50,097 nt of DNA from Girardia tigrina (lineage: Eukaryota): assembly GCA_001938485.1 (NCBI GenBank), contig MQRK01193996.1, forward strand, positions 1 through 50,097, written 5' to 3'. Below the pieces are notes generated by a model. The model searched no databases. It was not told the origin of the DNA and saw only the letters and a program-made list of their open reading frames with translations. Both the position numbers and the translations under genes were made by a program. Positions 1 through 12,545 of this stretch are shown piece after piece (position 1 is the first letter of the stretch; each line of letters begins with the position of its first letter).

Positions 1-53
1 GAATCAATTTTGGCTAAAAACTTTTGAAAATTGGCCAGATATATTTTTTATTT

Positions 54-107
54 TTCGGATTATGAAGTTTCCGGATTATTGAGGTTCGGATTAATGGGGG
101 TTGACTG
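54..107. mobile_element. Terminal inverted repeat (TIR) end of a pogo/Tigger-like DNA transposon or MITE; the body lies left of the window
   Basis: Reverse complement reads CAGTCAACCCCCATTAATCCGAAC... with three TTCGGATTA/TCCGGATTA subterminal repeats. TA follows at 108-109. Confidence 0.55.
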
Positions 108-110
108 TAT

Positions 111-290
111 TTGTTTATATACATCATCATCAGCAATTTTCGGATATTTAGTATATGAATATTGAATTCTTTGAATAATACAATTTTAATACAATTTTAA
201 TAGATACTTCTGTATATTAACTTTAAAAGGTATAGTGAATATTAAGAACATTTAGACAAGTCGCGTTTGAACTTTTATTACAATCACATT
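111..290 (-). mobile_element. Penelope-like element 3' (pLTR) remnant with a truncated hammerhead ribozyme
   Basis: TGTTTATATACATCATCATCAGCAAT (112-137) nearly matches the HHR at 31477-31502. The CUGAUGA half is present; the GAAA/cleavage half is replaced by the adjacent transposon end. Confidence 0.55.
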
Positions 291-2799
291 TAGAGTCACT
301 ATGACTCTCAGAAAGTCAAGAACGATGACTTTTTACAAGAGTTTTGTGGAGCATTGTCCTAGTGAGAATTCAAGTTGTGATATCAATAAATGTATTGAAA
401 ATCCAATTAGTGTTCTTAATACATACATTTCCATGTAAGTTGTTTTTTTGATTACATAAGGTACCATACTTATTTTATTGAAGAAAATATCCAAAGAAGA
501 TGAACATCTTGATTCACAAGAAAATATAATATGGCTTCTGTAAAAATATTTATTATTACACTGAAAATAATAATAAACATATCAAAATGACATTTTATCA
601 ACAACCAATTCTGATATGAATATTTTTAAAATAAATTAAAATAAAAGAATTTTAACGAAACTTTAAAAGGATAAAAATTTATTAAAAGAAATGTTGTTAA
701 ACTAAATTTGAAAATTCCAAAAAATAAATAATAAATTAAGTAATAAATAATTTAAGTATTTATTTTACGTTATCTATATGTATAAATGGTTTGTGCGAAA
801 AATCGTTCCTCGAAAATTGGTTCGAAAAATTTGTTATTGTGTTATATAAATAAAACTTTTGAATAATGTCGATTTCTGTTTCTTCTCTAAACACAACTAA
901 AATTTTGCTTTTGAAAATTTTAATAAGAAATTTTATACCAAAGTTTTTATTTTGATTTTATATTTTTACAAAAAAATTTTTTTAATAAATTTTCCCTTTC
1001 ATATTAATGTTTCACCAATGAAAATTATTATTTTAGATTTTAATTTACAATATTTTCAACCCTAACATTTTTCAATGTTTTACTTTTTAAAACATTTTTT
1101 TCTCTAAAATTTCTTTCGTAATATACATAATTCATGAAATATTTTAAAATATTTTGAAAAATCTCTTAATAAATTTTAAATATTAAAATTGAAAATTTTA
1201 TGTTAGCTCCCCGAATCCTAAAACTAATTTACGTGATTTATCTAGTTTTTATTTTTTCTTATGGCATTTTATTTGAATATTTTATGACATTTATTTAAAA
1301 AAAACAAATAATAATCGTCAAAGTATTAAAATTTTGCATTATTATTATTTTAAAAATCATCGAAAATAAATTTGAAGATCAAATTATCATTAAAATTATT
1401 TTAACGCTTATTTGTGTGACATGTATTGAAAATGAAGTGGGAATTATTTTCCCATTTAATATAAATTATATTTTTATATCCGATAGTCGAGAGTTCATAA
1501 TTGGCACGTTCAATTCTCGTTAATTAAAATTTTCGAGTGACTTTATTATGTTTAAATTGTTCATAAAATTCTGAGTAAAAACTTTGAAAATATAATATTA
1601 ATGTCAACAAATTAATATTTAACAATTTTATTTTCTATGTTTAAGACAACTTATTTATAGGAAATGTGATACCTCATCTTTGTAAAGGGATGGTGTTTGT
1701 TGTTTTTTTTGGTGTGTGTATGTCTTTTCCTTTACTTATCTGAAATGTGCATTTTTTTGTTGTTGGGCGGTCATTTTTTATGTATCTGTATTATAATTCT
1801 TGTACGTGCTTGTAGGTTAATTGTTTTATTATTTTCATTTTATTCCTTTTAAAAAAAGAAAGAAGATTGTATTGTGTATTTATTTATTTAACTCCAATGT
1901 TTAACTACAACAGTCGTGTTTATTAATTTTAATGCAAAGACCGAAAGAATTCATAAATGAAAGCATTATACGCAACTCAGATTAGTGATTATATGAAGAA
2001 AAGCGTTATAATTCTGTCGAGATGTCTCAAAAGCTCATTAGAACTATCAGTGAAAAGCAATTCTGATGATATAATTTTTAACGAATTTCCACAATATAAG
2101 AAAACACTAAACGGTTTTTCGTTGAGGATTCCCAATAACAATCAACAATTTGATCGACCAAGAATACGACAAAGACAATCTGTCGGATTGCGCCGATTAT
2201 TATTAATATTATTATAATGAATCGAAAAATCGTTAAAAAAATAATGAATTGAGATTTTTGAATCATAACAATTAATTACCGTTTGCTGTTAAAGTTATAT
2301 GTCTTATGCTGCAAAATAAAATTATTTTTTCACTGAGGTTATTTTTATTTTTATTTACAGATTTTTATTTGCTGTTTTTTATTAGTTGTTTGTTTTTGTT
2401 ATATATAAATTTGTTGACTATTTTTATTTACAAGTAAAAATAGATATTTGGCAATCCTTCCAAACATCTATTTTTACAGGAAATATGAAAAAAATTCTAC
2501 AAAGAAAGAAATTTTCTAACGTTTGGTAAACGAGTTTCTTTTAATTATATAATTATCCTTATATGATCGGTAAAAAATATTTTGCTTCTCAAAAAGATTA
2601 AAGCATCTAAATCTTCAACCATGAAAAGGCTGTTTTCCATCCCAATTTTTCATCAAAATTAACGATTACTTACAAAACAAAACGCAAGACAATCTCAAAC
2701 TTTTTTTAAACAATTCAAATTATTACTTTTCTTTCAGAAAAGCAAACTCAATAACGTTGAAAATGATAAAAATGGTAAATTAAAAGCATTATCATAAAA

Positions 2800-2920
2800 C
2801 CAGGACTTCAATTTTTTCTCATTCCCATTCCCGTTCCCGGTAAATCCCTAGGAATTATGGAAATGTGAATGGAAATTTTAAAACTGAATTCCCGGGAATT
2901 GGAATTCTGAGAATACAACT
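2800..2920. repeat. Degenerate MITE-like inverted repeat with TTCCC/GGAAT motifs
   Basis: ATTCCCATTCCCGTTCCCGG opposed by GGAATTATGGAAATGTGAATGGAAA and TTCCCGGGAA. Confidence 0.3.
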
Positions 2921-3296
2921 ATGAACGTTTATTCAGGCGTTATTTCTGATAATACACCAGTTGGTATTAAATTTTCTTTATATTTTTGCTTCCAATTAGA
3001 GTCACCAAAATTGAAAATAACAATTTTAAGAAGGCTGTGGACTGTTTTCATTATTCACTAAACATTTTATGTTTTTCATGAAGCTTTTTATGAAAAAGCT
3101 TTTTTACGAAACCGCAAATCTTTTAATTTTTAATAAATTATTAAAAGTGTTTAAAGATAACGAAATTATTTTAAAAAATATTCATTTGAAGTCTTTTATC
3201 GAAGAACTAACTCGAGGCACTGTAGTTAAATAATTAAAAATAACGAGAAAGAAAACACTTTCTAATGAGTAACATTCTAATTTATATTTGATTGTA

Positions 3297-4553
3297 TTAG
3301 GTGGATGCAAAAGAAATGCCGTTTTTAATGTATTTAATATTCATTGTTTGAAATATTTAGAAAATCATTAATAAATAGATTCATATTTAAATTCACTTTA
3401 AAGCTTAAACTTTACTCTATATTTTGATACCAAGTATGAAATTATTGTTGTTAATTTAAGGTATATTTATTTCATTTTAAAAATGTTAGAAAAGAAGGAA
3501 ATGAGAACAATTTTATTATACGATTTCAAACTAGGTCGAAAGGCGATAGAAACGACTCGGAATATTAACAATGTATTTGGACAAATTACCACTAATTTAT
3601 GAACAGTACAACGTTGGTTTTCCAAGTTTCGTAGAGCAATGAGAGCCTTGAAGATAAAGGACACGGTAGTCGACCATCACAAGTTGACGACAACCATTTG
3701 AAGGAGTTAATCAATGCCGACCCGCATAAAAATTCACGGGAAGTCGCTCAAGAACTCAATGTTCACCGATCAACAGTTGTTCGCGATCTGAAGAAAATCG
3801 GGAAAGTGAAAAAGCTGGATAAGTGGGTGCCGCACAAATTAAACGAAAATCAAAAATCGTCGTTTTAACGTGTGTTCTTCTCTGCATTTACGTAATCAAA
3901 ACGACCCGTTTCTGGATCGAATTGTAACTTCCAATGAAAAATGGATCCTATACAACAACCGGCGACATTCAGTTCAGTTGTTGGATTTCAATGAGGCTCC
4001 AAAGCCTTTCTCGAAGCCAAAATTACACCAAAAAAGTCATGGTAACTGTTTGGTGTAATCCATTACAGCTTCCTAAAACAAGACAAAACAATTACAGCGG
4101 AAAGGTATTGTCAGCAAATTGGCAAAATGCACCAATAAATACAAAAAAACGGTCGACATTACTCAATAGAAAGGGGCCAATTCTTCTGCATGATAATGCT
4201 CGTCCACATGTTTCAAGAAAGACAATGCTGAAGTTAAACGAACTGGGATATGAAACTTTGCCTCATCCACCGTACTCACCAAACCTTTCTCCTACAGACT
4301 ATCACCTTTTCAAACATTTCAGCCAGTTCCTTCACGAAAAATGCTTCAGAAACCAGAGAGATGCTGAAAGAGCCTTGGACGATTTCATCGCCTCCAGAAC
4401 TTTTTCAAACTGGAATAAAAAAACTTGTTACCCATTGCAACAGTGTGTTCAATATAATGATTTTTATTTTGACTAATAAAGTTAATTCTAAAGAAAGGTA
4501 TGTTCATTTAAAGTTGACGTTTAAAAAACGACATTTATTTTGGATCAACCTAA
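3297..4553 (+). mobile_element. Full-length defective mariner (DD34D, cecropia/Hsmar1-like)
   Basis: Imperfect ~30-bp TIRs (TTAGGTGGATGCAAAAGAAATGCCGTTTTT / AAAAACGACATTTATTTTGGATCAACCTAA) with TA on the left. The transposase from 3483 (MLEKKEMRTILLYDFKLGRKA..., WVPHKL, HDNARPH, YSPNLSPTDYHLF) is broken by a stop and frameshifts. Confidence 0.95.
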
Positions 4554-4599
4554 TTGATAAAAAAGTGAATGAATAAAATAAGGATAGTCCTAAGATACG

Positions 4600-5085
4600 G
4601 AGTTCTTTCATACTGGTATATCCACTAAACTTAAATTTCAATGAAGGATTCAAACGTTTCACGAATTATTTTGTGAAAGCAACATGTAAACTTTACAATT
4701 TAAAAATTGTTTATCGGTCACACAAGGTCAGGAATAGGACAGGCTTCCCAATGTCATTTCTCCAAATAAATTCAAGAGTTCGTTAATAACAATGATAAGA
4801 ATAATGTTGTTGTATTTGGTAAAACTAATAAATGTAACTTGAGTGAAAATTATTTCAAAATTCTGCCAAAGCATTTAAAAAACGTTATCGAGAGAAATTA
4901 TCACAGGAAGTACTGTTGATAAGATCTCTTGATTACAAAACCAATGTTCAAACAGTACTCTCAACTCATTTATTAAGAGTTACGATTAAGTTTAATAACT
5001 ATTGCTCATCATTTATTTCAGTAAGTCGTAATAAAGCACATAATCAGTTATCTGATGATGACATTAAAACCATCAAATACTATAC
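4600..5085 (+). mobile_element. Decayed Penelope-like element fragment (GIY-YIG C-terminus plus degenerate hammerhead core)
   Basis: Translates RYREKLSQEVLLIRSLDYKTNVQ, resembling the PLE endonuclease tail. It is followed by CTGATGATGA...CATCAAA at 5052-5077. Confidence 0.4.
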
Positions 5086-6234
5086 TTTAACATTTATTTT
5101 AAATGGTGTTTTTATTTATTAAAAACATCAACTTCAATAATAATAATTCGGTAACTTACTATTTATTTTAAAGAAAATCTGAAGTTTAAAACATTCCAAA
5201 CCCATTCAAAAAATAATTTTTGCATATAACTTCATAATGAAACTCTAATTAAACCATACAGATTAAGAGAACAACTTAAAAATAAATATCTTTTATTTTT
5301 TATATTATTTATTTCTTCAAAAATAATATTGCTGGAAAAATCCTATTTGGAATTTAAATAAATTTGAGAATTTTTTTCTAACAAAAAATCATTTCCTAAG
5401 AGAGTTAAACTCATAAACAAATCTCAAATTTCCACAAAATATTCTTAAAGATATTTTGTTAAATAAAACAATTCATATCGTTCATTCAATTCGTTATAAA
5501 TATAAATTGCATAGATTTCGGTCAATTAATAAGTAATTGAATATTTTTTCCATTCCTTTTATTATCTTGCTTTATATATATATATATATATATATATNNN
5601 NNNNNNNNNNNNNNNNNNNNNNNNNNNNNNNNNNNNNNNNNNNNNNNNNNNNNNNTATATATATATAAATGTTAAAAATTTACCAAAAAAACTTTTTAAG
5701 GTCTCAAAATTAAAACAAAACAGTCTCATCCAAGTTCCTGAACAATATTTGCATGAAAAGATGTACATATAAATTATAAGTAGTTTATATTACTGAAAAA
5801 ATAAATAAAGTTCAGTAAATCGATTTGTTGGACTAGTGAAAATTTTAACCGAAAATTTAATTGACAAAAAATATAAAAAATAATAAAAACAAATTATAGT
5901 TGTTTTAATAATATGAAAAAGACAATTTTAAAAACTAGTTTTATTCCAGTCATGGACTTCCAGGTTGTCGGGTGATAAAATTCAAAGAGTGACTGAAGGC
6001 TATGATGTTACATGTTTCGGAGACCGAGCCTCAACTATTATCGTTTTTAATGGTGTGCTCAAAATGTTTTTTATATTGAAAGTTGCTACATTTTTACAAA
6101 TCTTATGAATTACAGACACTCGATTCATTTGAATTTTCCAATGACGATAACCAATTACTTTTTTTTGACAAAATCGAACAAGACCGTTTTTTCAAAATAT
6201 TTTTATTTGAGTTTTAATTGTGATGACATTTTTT

Positions 6235-6856
6235 TCTCAATCCATGGCGGTCGAAAAAGAGTTCCAAAAGAGGGTTACAAGCTCTTTCACGGCGGATACG
6301 GGGATTTTCAGTTAGTCGAGGCACCACTTGCAAAAAATAAGGCTTCAGCAGCAGGTCATGACGACAATGTTTTGGACACAACGCTGACTCAAATTCAAAT
6401 CACTTGCAACATGTCAAATTGATTTGCCTGTCCAAATAATCTCTCTGGCCACATTCATTATGTAATTGGATGTACGTGCTGACCGCTTTTTTTCAGAATG
6501 TGAGCCATTATGAGAGTGGCTGATACTGTTCTGGTTATGAAGACAGTATCGGGTATTGATTTTCTTCACTTGATATTGAATGGTTGTGTCACATTCAATG
6601 TGGGAAATTCTTTTTGAGAGCCTCAGCAGCGTTATGATAACTTCCATGCAAATGGTAAAGGTCAATAGCTCGTTTGCGCTGTTCAAGAGAGAGTTGTGGC
6701 ATTGTCAAGCATAAAACAGCAATAATGAATTGAGTGTCTCAAATTATTATTCACACGCACATTCACATGCCATGATGCATGGTGAACAGCCCTCAAATGA
6801 TTATTCACATGCACATTCGATTTCCATGATACATGGTGAATAGCACATAACTACTG
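6235..6856 (-). mobile_element. 5' half of a Tc1/mariner-superfamily element (maT/rosa-like HTH N-terminus)
   Basis: End CAGTAGTTATGTGC... next to TA (6857-6858), with duplicated ~45-bp subterminal repeats. ATG at 6702 gives MPQLSLEQRKRAIDLYHLHGSY; across frameshifts ...KRSARTSNYIMNV...HVASDLNLSQRCVQNI.RHDLLLKPYFLQVVPRLT. Confidence 0.7.
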
Positions 6857-6902
6857 TATTGTTTTATAAATTGTTTGTTTATTGTTTTATAAATAGTTAT
6901 TA

Positions 6903-8085
6903 CGAGAGGTGTCCAAAAAGTTCGCAGACTGAGAGAATACGGCGTGGTCACGTGTGTGCGTGACTGTAACGCGCAGTGTGTGTACGATAACATAAGGGGG
7001 AACCAACCAATTGTAATTGAGGTGAACTCTCATGGGCTGCCCATCGGTATGTGTGTGACATACAAATGTATTAATTTGTCATTTTCTCTCTTGTAGTTAG
7101 TATGGAAGAGGCAGTGAAATCTCAACGAGCAATCATCTATTTCCTCTGGGGGATGATGAACGCAGTGGGCGATCAACAACGTCCGGATGTCAAGAAAATG
7201 TAAAGTTATCAAGGAACTCATTCTTTGTGACAGATGTCTCACTATCCGTGAGATAGCAGCTATTACTGGCGTTTCTAAAAGTCAGGTGCACCGCATCATG
7301 TCAGAGGAGTTGCATATGAGGAAACTGACTGCCAGGTGGATGCCACGCCTACTCAACAACGACAAGAAGGCTAATCGAAAGACGGCTTGTCAAGAACTGC
7401 TGCAACTGGTTCATGATCTGGGTGAGGCGTTCTGGTCACGGATTGTGACAGTGGACTAAACGTGGTTCACGTTTTATCTTCCTGAAACCAAGGAGCAGTC
7501 CCGTCAATGGTGCTGCCTAAGTGACAGACTCCATTTAAAGACGAAGACCCTCCCTTCAGCCTGGAAGGTAATTGTTACAGTATTTTGAGACTGATGGGAT
7601 AATTCACATTGATTACCCAACAAAGGGGGTCACCATCAATAGTGCATACTACACGAACCTGTTCGACAAAGATCTGCGAAAAGCTCTCAAGAACAAACAG
7701 CGGGGAAAGTTGTCATCCATCCCATTATTGCAACAGGACAACGTACGTTCCCATACAGCGAAGTTGACTGTCAGTACCGTGCAACGATTGGGCTGGACAC
7801 TTGCCTCACCCCCCATATTCACCGGTCCTTGCGCCGAGTGATTATCACCTTTTCTCGGCATTGAAGAAGCCTCGTCGAAGACATAATTTCGTGAATTTGG
7901 ATGAAATGAAAACAGCAGTCAGATCGTGGATTGCGGAGACACCGCCTATTTTCTTCGATAATGGTATTAGGCAGTTGACACAGAGATGGAAAAGTGTGTG
8001 AAACTGAATGGTGATTATATTGAAAAGTTCGATAGCGATTCTGATGAGGATTGATCTATTTTGTTAACTGGAATAAACTTTTTGA
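6903..8085 (+). mobile_element. Defective mariner (DD34D, irritans/Hsmar2-like) with N-terminal deletion
   Basis: TA followed by CGAGAGGTGTCCAAAAAGTT. ORF pieces carry WMPRLL, RIVTVD*TW, LLQQDNVRSH and PHPPYSPVLAPSDYHLF. The 3' TIR is only partial (AAACTTTTTGAA near 8075-8085). Confidence 0.9.
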
Positions 8086-8459
8086 ATTTGTTGTTATTTA
8101 TACTTTAAATTAAAATAATTTTTACTTATTTTAAGAAAATTATTATTAAAATATTATTTATGAAATATTAATTTAATTTTAAAATTGGTTGTTTACATTT
8201 TAATAATTGATTAAATAATCCCACGTTTTAAAATATTTAAGATATCAATCTTCCATCTGGGTGGGAGAAACGCAATCCTAAAACAACACCAAACAACATA
8301 CAATAAGCATCATTCAAAAATATTCCTCACAATGATAATATACGAAATAGACCCCATCTAATAACAATGATGGCACCTTTTGAAATCGTTGTTAATTTAA
8401 CTATTTAACGACTTGTACAGTTTTCAATCGATTTTATCTATGTCCGAGCGTCTCACGCC

Positions 8460-9587
8460 AAGGCGCCACATAAACAGAATTGTATTAATGCGGGATATGC
8501 AGACTGACCACGTCCTTAAATGGATTCAATCCTGTTCCTCCCAATTTAGCATTTTATTCGTTGACATTATTTTTTAAAAATGAAAATTTGTATTTTCTAC
8601 AAAATTGATTTTTAGCAATCTTATTTTTGACCTTAGCCGTTGGGCCGTGGGTGCACACAATTATAAACCAGCCTTCGCCACATCTTTCTATTAGTAGTTT
8701 CTTTTCTCAGACATTCCATACTCAGTCCAGTCCATTCTTTTAAATCGTTCATCCATTGCCTCTTGGTCTTTCTCTTTTCACTCTTCCCTCATTCATAACC
8801 TTTGCTAGTGCTTGTTTTCTTATTTGATGACCGTAGAATTTCAGCTTCCTCCTCTTGGTGATTTCTTCTATTGATTCCGATCTTTTACCTAGTATTTCTG
8901 TCACTCTCCTCCAAACAAAGTCATTTGTCTTCTTTTCTTTCCACGTGATCTTCAGCATTCTCCCGTAGTACTTCATTTCAAACGCTTTAAGTCTATCCAT
9001 ACTCTTCTGATTTATTGTCCAACTCTCGCTTGCATAGAAGAGTGCTGCCCAGAAATTAGCCTTAGTGATCTTTAATCTGCTCTTGAGATGTATTTCTTTG
9101 AGGTTAAAAACTGTGCTAAGTTTAATCAATGCGCTTGTTGATATACCAATCTGGCTTCTGATTTCTTCTTCGCTTCCCCCATTCTCTTCCCCCATAGTAG
9201 AGCCTAAATATTTGAAACTCTTATCTTGTCCCAGCTTCTCCCCTTCAATGAAAATATGCAGTTTAACCTCGTTGTTATGGTTTCCTGAAACCATTACTTT
9301 GCTTTTTTGTCTGTTGATTATATAATTAGTAAATATAATTAGTATATAATTAGTAAATAAGTGATGAGAATAGTAATTTATCAAATAAATTAGTATTTTA
9401 TTAGTATTTTCATAAAAAAATTTCACGAAATTCCTTGTATGAATCCTTAAAATCGTCATTCAAAATCGGTATTAAATTAAAAATTTTCGATCGATTTCAT
9501 CCTTCGGTAAAGGCGCTGTACTGATAGAATTGTATTGATGCGGACTATCCAGATTGACCACGATCTTAAATGGATTCACTCTGGTTC
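8460..9587 (+). repeat. Pair of ungapped 78-bp direct repeats (8460-8537 and 9510-9587)
   Basis: AAGGCGC...AGAATTGTATT(A/G)ATGCGG..TAT.CAGA.TGACCACG..CTTAAATGGATTCA is present in both copies, roughly three-quarters identical. Confidence 0.8.
8633..9320 (-). mobile_element. RTE-clade LINE 3' fragment (RT thumb and C-terminal domain)
   Basis: KSKVMV...FKYLGS...FYASESWT...RLKAFEMKYYGRMLKITW...KRRKLKFYGH...RPRG; after a frameshift WMNDLKEWTG...RKMWRRLV. Confidence 0.9.
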
Positions 9588-9844
9588 GTCTGACATTTCA
9601 CATTGAAAAGCGTGACTGACAAACGAACACACTTTTAAGACAAATATTATATATATATATATATATTACATGTATCGTATATTAAATGTCTCCGGATTAA
9701 TTGTGTCCTCGGGATTGATCGTCTTCGGGATCAAATTACATCTATTTACCTCGGGATTAAATATGTTCTGGATCAAGAGCCGTGGATTCATAAATTTTGG
9801 ATTCCATTTTTAAATAAAAATAGAAAGATGCATTATTGAAGTAT

Positions 9845-10300
9845 TTGAATACTGGTGAAAAAAAGGATTGTGTAAAACAATTTGGAATGCTGTAGATCAT
9901 TGATAAAATGAATGAGTTAGTATAAAAGATCCCAAAAATAGAAATTTATCTAAAAATGCTTTGCAACTGTTGTGATTTTAAAAGAAAAATGTTTTTAAAC
10001 TACCATCGAAGAATGGAACTATCAACAGTAAAAAAGGATGTCCTAAATTGGTAAAACAAAAAGTAGTTGTAATTTAGCATGATAACGCAAGTTTGGTCAC
10101 TCATCATAAATTCTTATCACTGATGCTTCGTCCCACTCGACATATTACCCTGACTTCATCCAACGGAATTTAAACTTATTGAGATTCCTGAAGAATTCTT
10201 TCGCTAATGATGGTAATAATATATAGTTTCTATATGGCTATCAGGAATAATCAAACTCCTGGATAAATGGAAGAAACTGATTGAAAATAATAATATTTGT
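9845..10300 (+). mobile_element. Highly decayed mariner relic
   Basis: Residual motifs TGEKK, HDNA (about 10078), PHSTYYPD and GIIKLLDKWKKLIENN occur in mariner order. Confidence 0.6.
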
Positions 10301-10634
10301 ATCATCATGTAAATTTTAATTAAGAAATTTTTTATAAAACATTGAAGTGACTTCTTAGTAATCATAATTTATTACTTTAATTTATTACACTGTCGATGTT
10401 GTGATGGTAAAACGGGGTTTTTTTAAATTTATTAATAAAAAGGACTTTTGTTATATATAAATAATTAACATGCCTTAAATCAGGTTAGTCTGAAAGCACT
10501 CATAGAAAGTAATGATAACTTAAAGAAAATCCTTTTAAATTAAACTAACATGAATGCAGATAAATGCGTTCTGAATCACATCTGAAAGTAAAATCCTTTT
10601 TTGCGATTCTTTTTATTAGCTTACTTTCAATATA

Positions 10635-11914
10635 TTAGGTTGGTCGAAAAATAATGGCGGTTTTTAAGCTTTATACTTTGTTTATCTACTTTGATATGTA
10701 TATAAATTTAAATGCATTAGTGTTAGATATTATTTTAAATCTTATGCTGTATATTCCTATAGCCATTACTAACATATTGCTGTTATTTTTTAGAATATTT
10801 ACGGTGCTAAATTAATAATGGAAAAAAATAAAATTCGAGCAATTTTCTTGTACGAATTTAAACTGGGTCGTAAAGCAGCAGAAACGGCTCGCAATATCAA
10901 TAAAGCATTTAGCAAGGGAACAGCTTCTAAGCGAACAGTGCAACGATGATTCCTAAAATTTTCTGATGGAGATGAAAACCTTGAAGATGAAGAAGGTCGT
11001 GGTCGTCCTATTGCTGTGAACAACGACAATTTGAGGACAGTGGTGGAAACAGATCCCCGTACAACAATCAGAGAACTTGCAGATGGGTTGGGCATTAGTC
11101 ATTCAACATTCCTGGATCATCTAAAACAACTTGGAAAAATCAAGAAACTTGATAAATGGGTTCCACATGATTTGAATGAAAATCAAAAGAACCGACGCTA
11201 TGACATTTGTTCTGCCAATCATCTTCGCAATAAAAACTATCCATTTCTTGATCGTATTGTTACCTGTGATGAGAAATGGATCCTGTATGATAACCGACGT
11301 CGATCTGCACAGTGTTTGGACAAAGATGAAGTACCGAAACACTTTACAAAACCGAAACTAACACCCCGTAATGTTATGGTGACAGTTTGGTGGTGTGATN
11401 NNNNNNNNNNNNNNNNNNNNNNNNNNNNNNNNNNTGAAACAATCACAGCGGAGAGGTACTGTCATGAAATTGATGAAATGCATAAAAAATTGAAAACCCT
11501 TTGTCCGGGATTGGTCAATCGAAAAAGTCCCATCCTTCTTCATGATAACGCTAGCCCTCGTATTTCAAAAGTGACTCTTCAAAAGCTTAATGAGTTGGGC
11601 TATGAAACCCTGCCTCATCCACCATATTCACCAGACCACTCGCCAACGGACTTCTACTTTTTCAGGCATTTTTACAACTTCCTACGTGAAAAAATTTTCA
11701 AAAACCAAAATGATGCTCAAAATGCCTTCCAAGAATTCGTTGCTTCAAGAACCGATGCATTTTATGCTGATGAAATAAAACAACTTGTTTCTCGTTGGCA
11801 AAAATGTATTGATGCCAACGGTTCATACTTTGATTAATAAACTTTTGTTTCTGTGAATTTGCACGTCTTTGAAGTTTGTGTCCCAAAACCGTCATTATAT
11901 TTCGACCAACCTAA
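10635..11914 (+). mobile_element. Full-length mariner (DD34D, cecropia/Hsmar1-like), TA-flanked on both sides
   Basis: TIRs TTAGGTTGGTCGAAAAATAATGGCGGTTTT / AAAACCGTCATTATATTTCGACCAACCTAA; element length 1280 bp. Confidence 0.97.
10818..11837 (+). pseudogene. Mariner transposase in one reading frame with a single visible premature TGA (10947-10949)
   Basis: MEKNKIRAIFLYEFKLGRKAAETARNIN...VQR*F...WVPHDL...TCDEKW...HDNA...YSPDHSPTDF. The 35-N gap at 11400-11434 preserves frame. Confidence 0.92.
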
Positions 11915-12475
11915 TATATATATATATATATGTTTGTACATGAAAAAATTAATATTTTTTTATATTTTAATTATGCTTTTCCAAGATAGATTTACGATTT
12001 CAAACAGCAATTGCATAGTTTTTTCAATTTTTTATATATTATAGTAAAAGTGAACTTAGTAGTACATAATTTACTATCTCAATTCTCTTTTAATATAGTA
12101 ATATAAAAAAATATTAGGTTACACATTACTATTATATTAGACCTATAACATATAATCAGATATGTTGAAAATACGTTAGTTACTTATAACCGTTGTTTGT
12201 ACAAGCAAGAAGTTGGTCGTCAAATTGTTTTTAAATAGTTCAAAGAACTGTTCGTAATAGTTCATAAATAGTGTTAGATTGTTCGTTAATAGTTCGTGGA
12301 ATTGCTTTTTAAACAGTACAAGATTAAATAATTGTTTGCCAAGATAATTCGTCGGTAATTAATTAATTTTAATTTTTAAATATTCAATCAATTAATTGAT
12401 TTGAAAATTATTATTAATATATAATTATAATTAATTATTTTTAGATAGTCATTTATATTTATATATAATTTCATT

Positions 12476-12545
12476 GGTCCAACCATGTGGAGGCGGCAGC
12501 TTAGAGCATTGCTCCCAGATGGTGCTGGTAAAGAGTAACTAAATG
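12476..12545 (+). mobile_element. Possible extreme 3' end of an RTE-like LINE
   Basis: Short GC-rich island translating MWRRQLRALLPDGAGKE*, followed by TAACTAA. It resembles RTE ORF termini with a short-repeat tail. Confidence 0.3.

Noticed and set aside
8040-8060. CTGATGA hammerhead box
   Set aside because: It is the coding end of the mariner transposase (DSDSDED*) and has no GAAA partner.
8250-8300. WW-domain-like peptide LPSGWEKR
   Set aside because: It lacks the following aromatic doublet and second Trp and stops soon after. A related nucleotide stretch at about 42879-42927 does not keep the peptide, indicating a non-coding repeat.
12450-12524. Candidate terminal TRPC exon on the minus strand (CTCTTTACCAG acceptor, phase-compatible short frame)
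   Set aside because: No homology support. The plus strand is better explained as an RTE-like 3' end.
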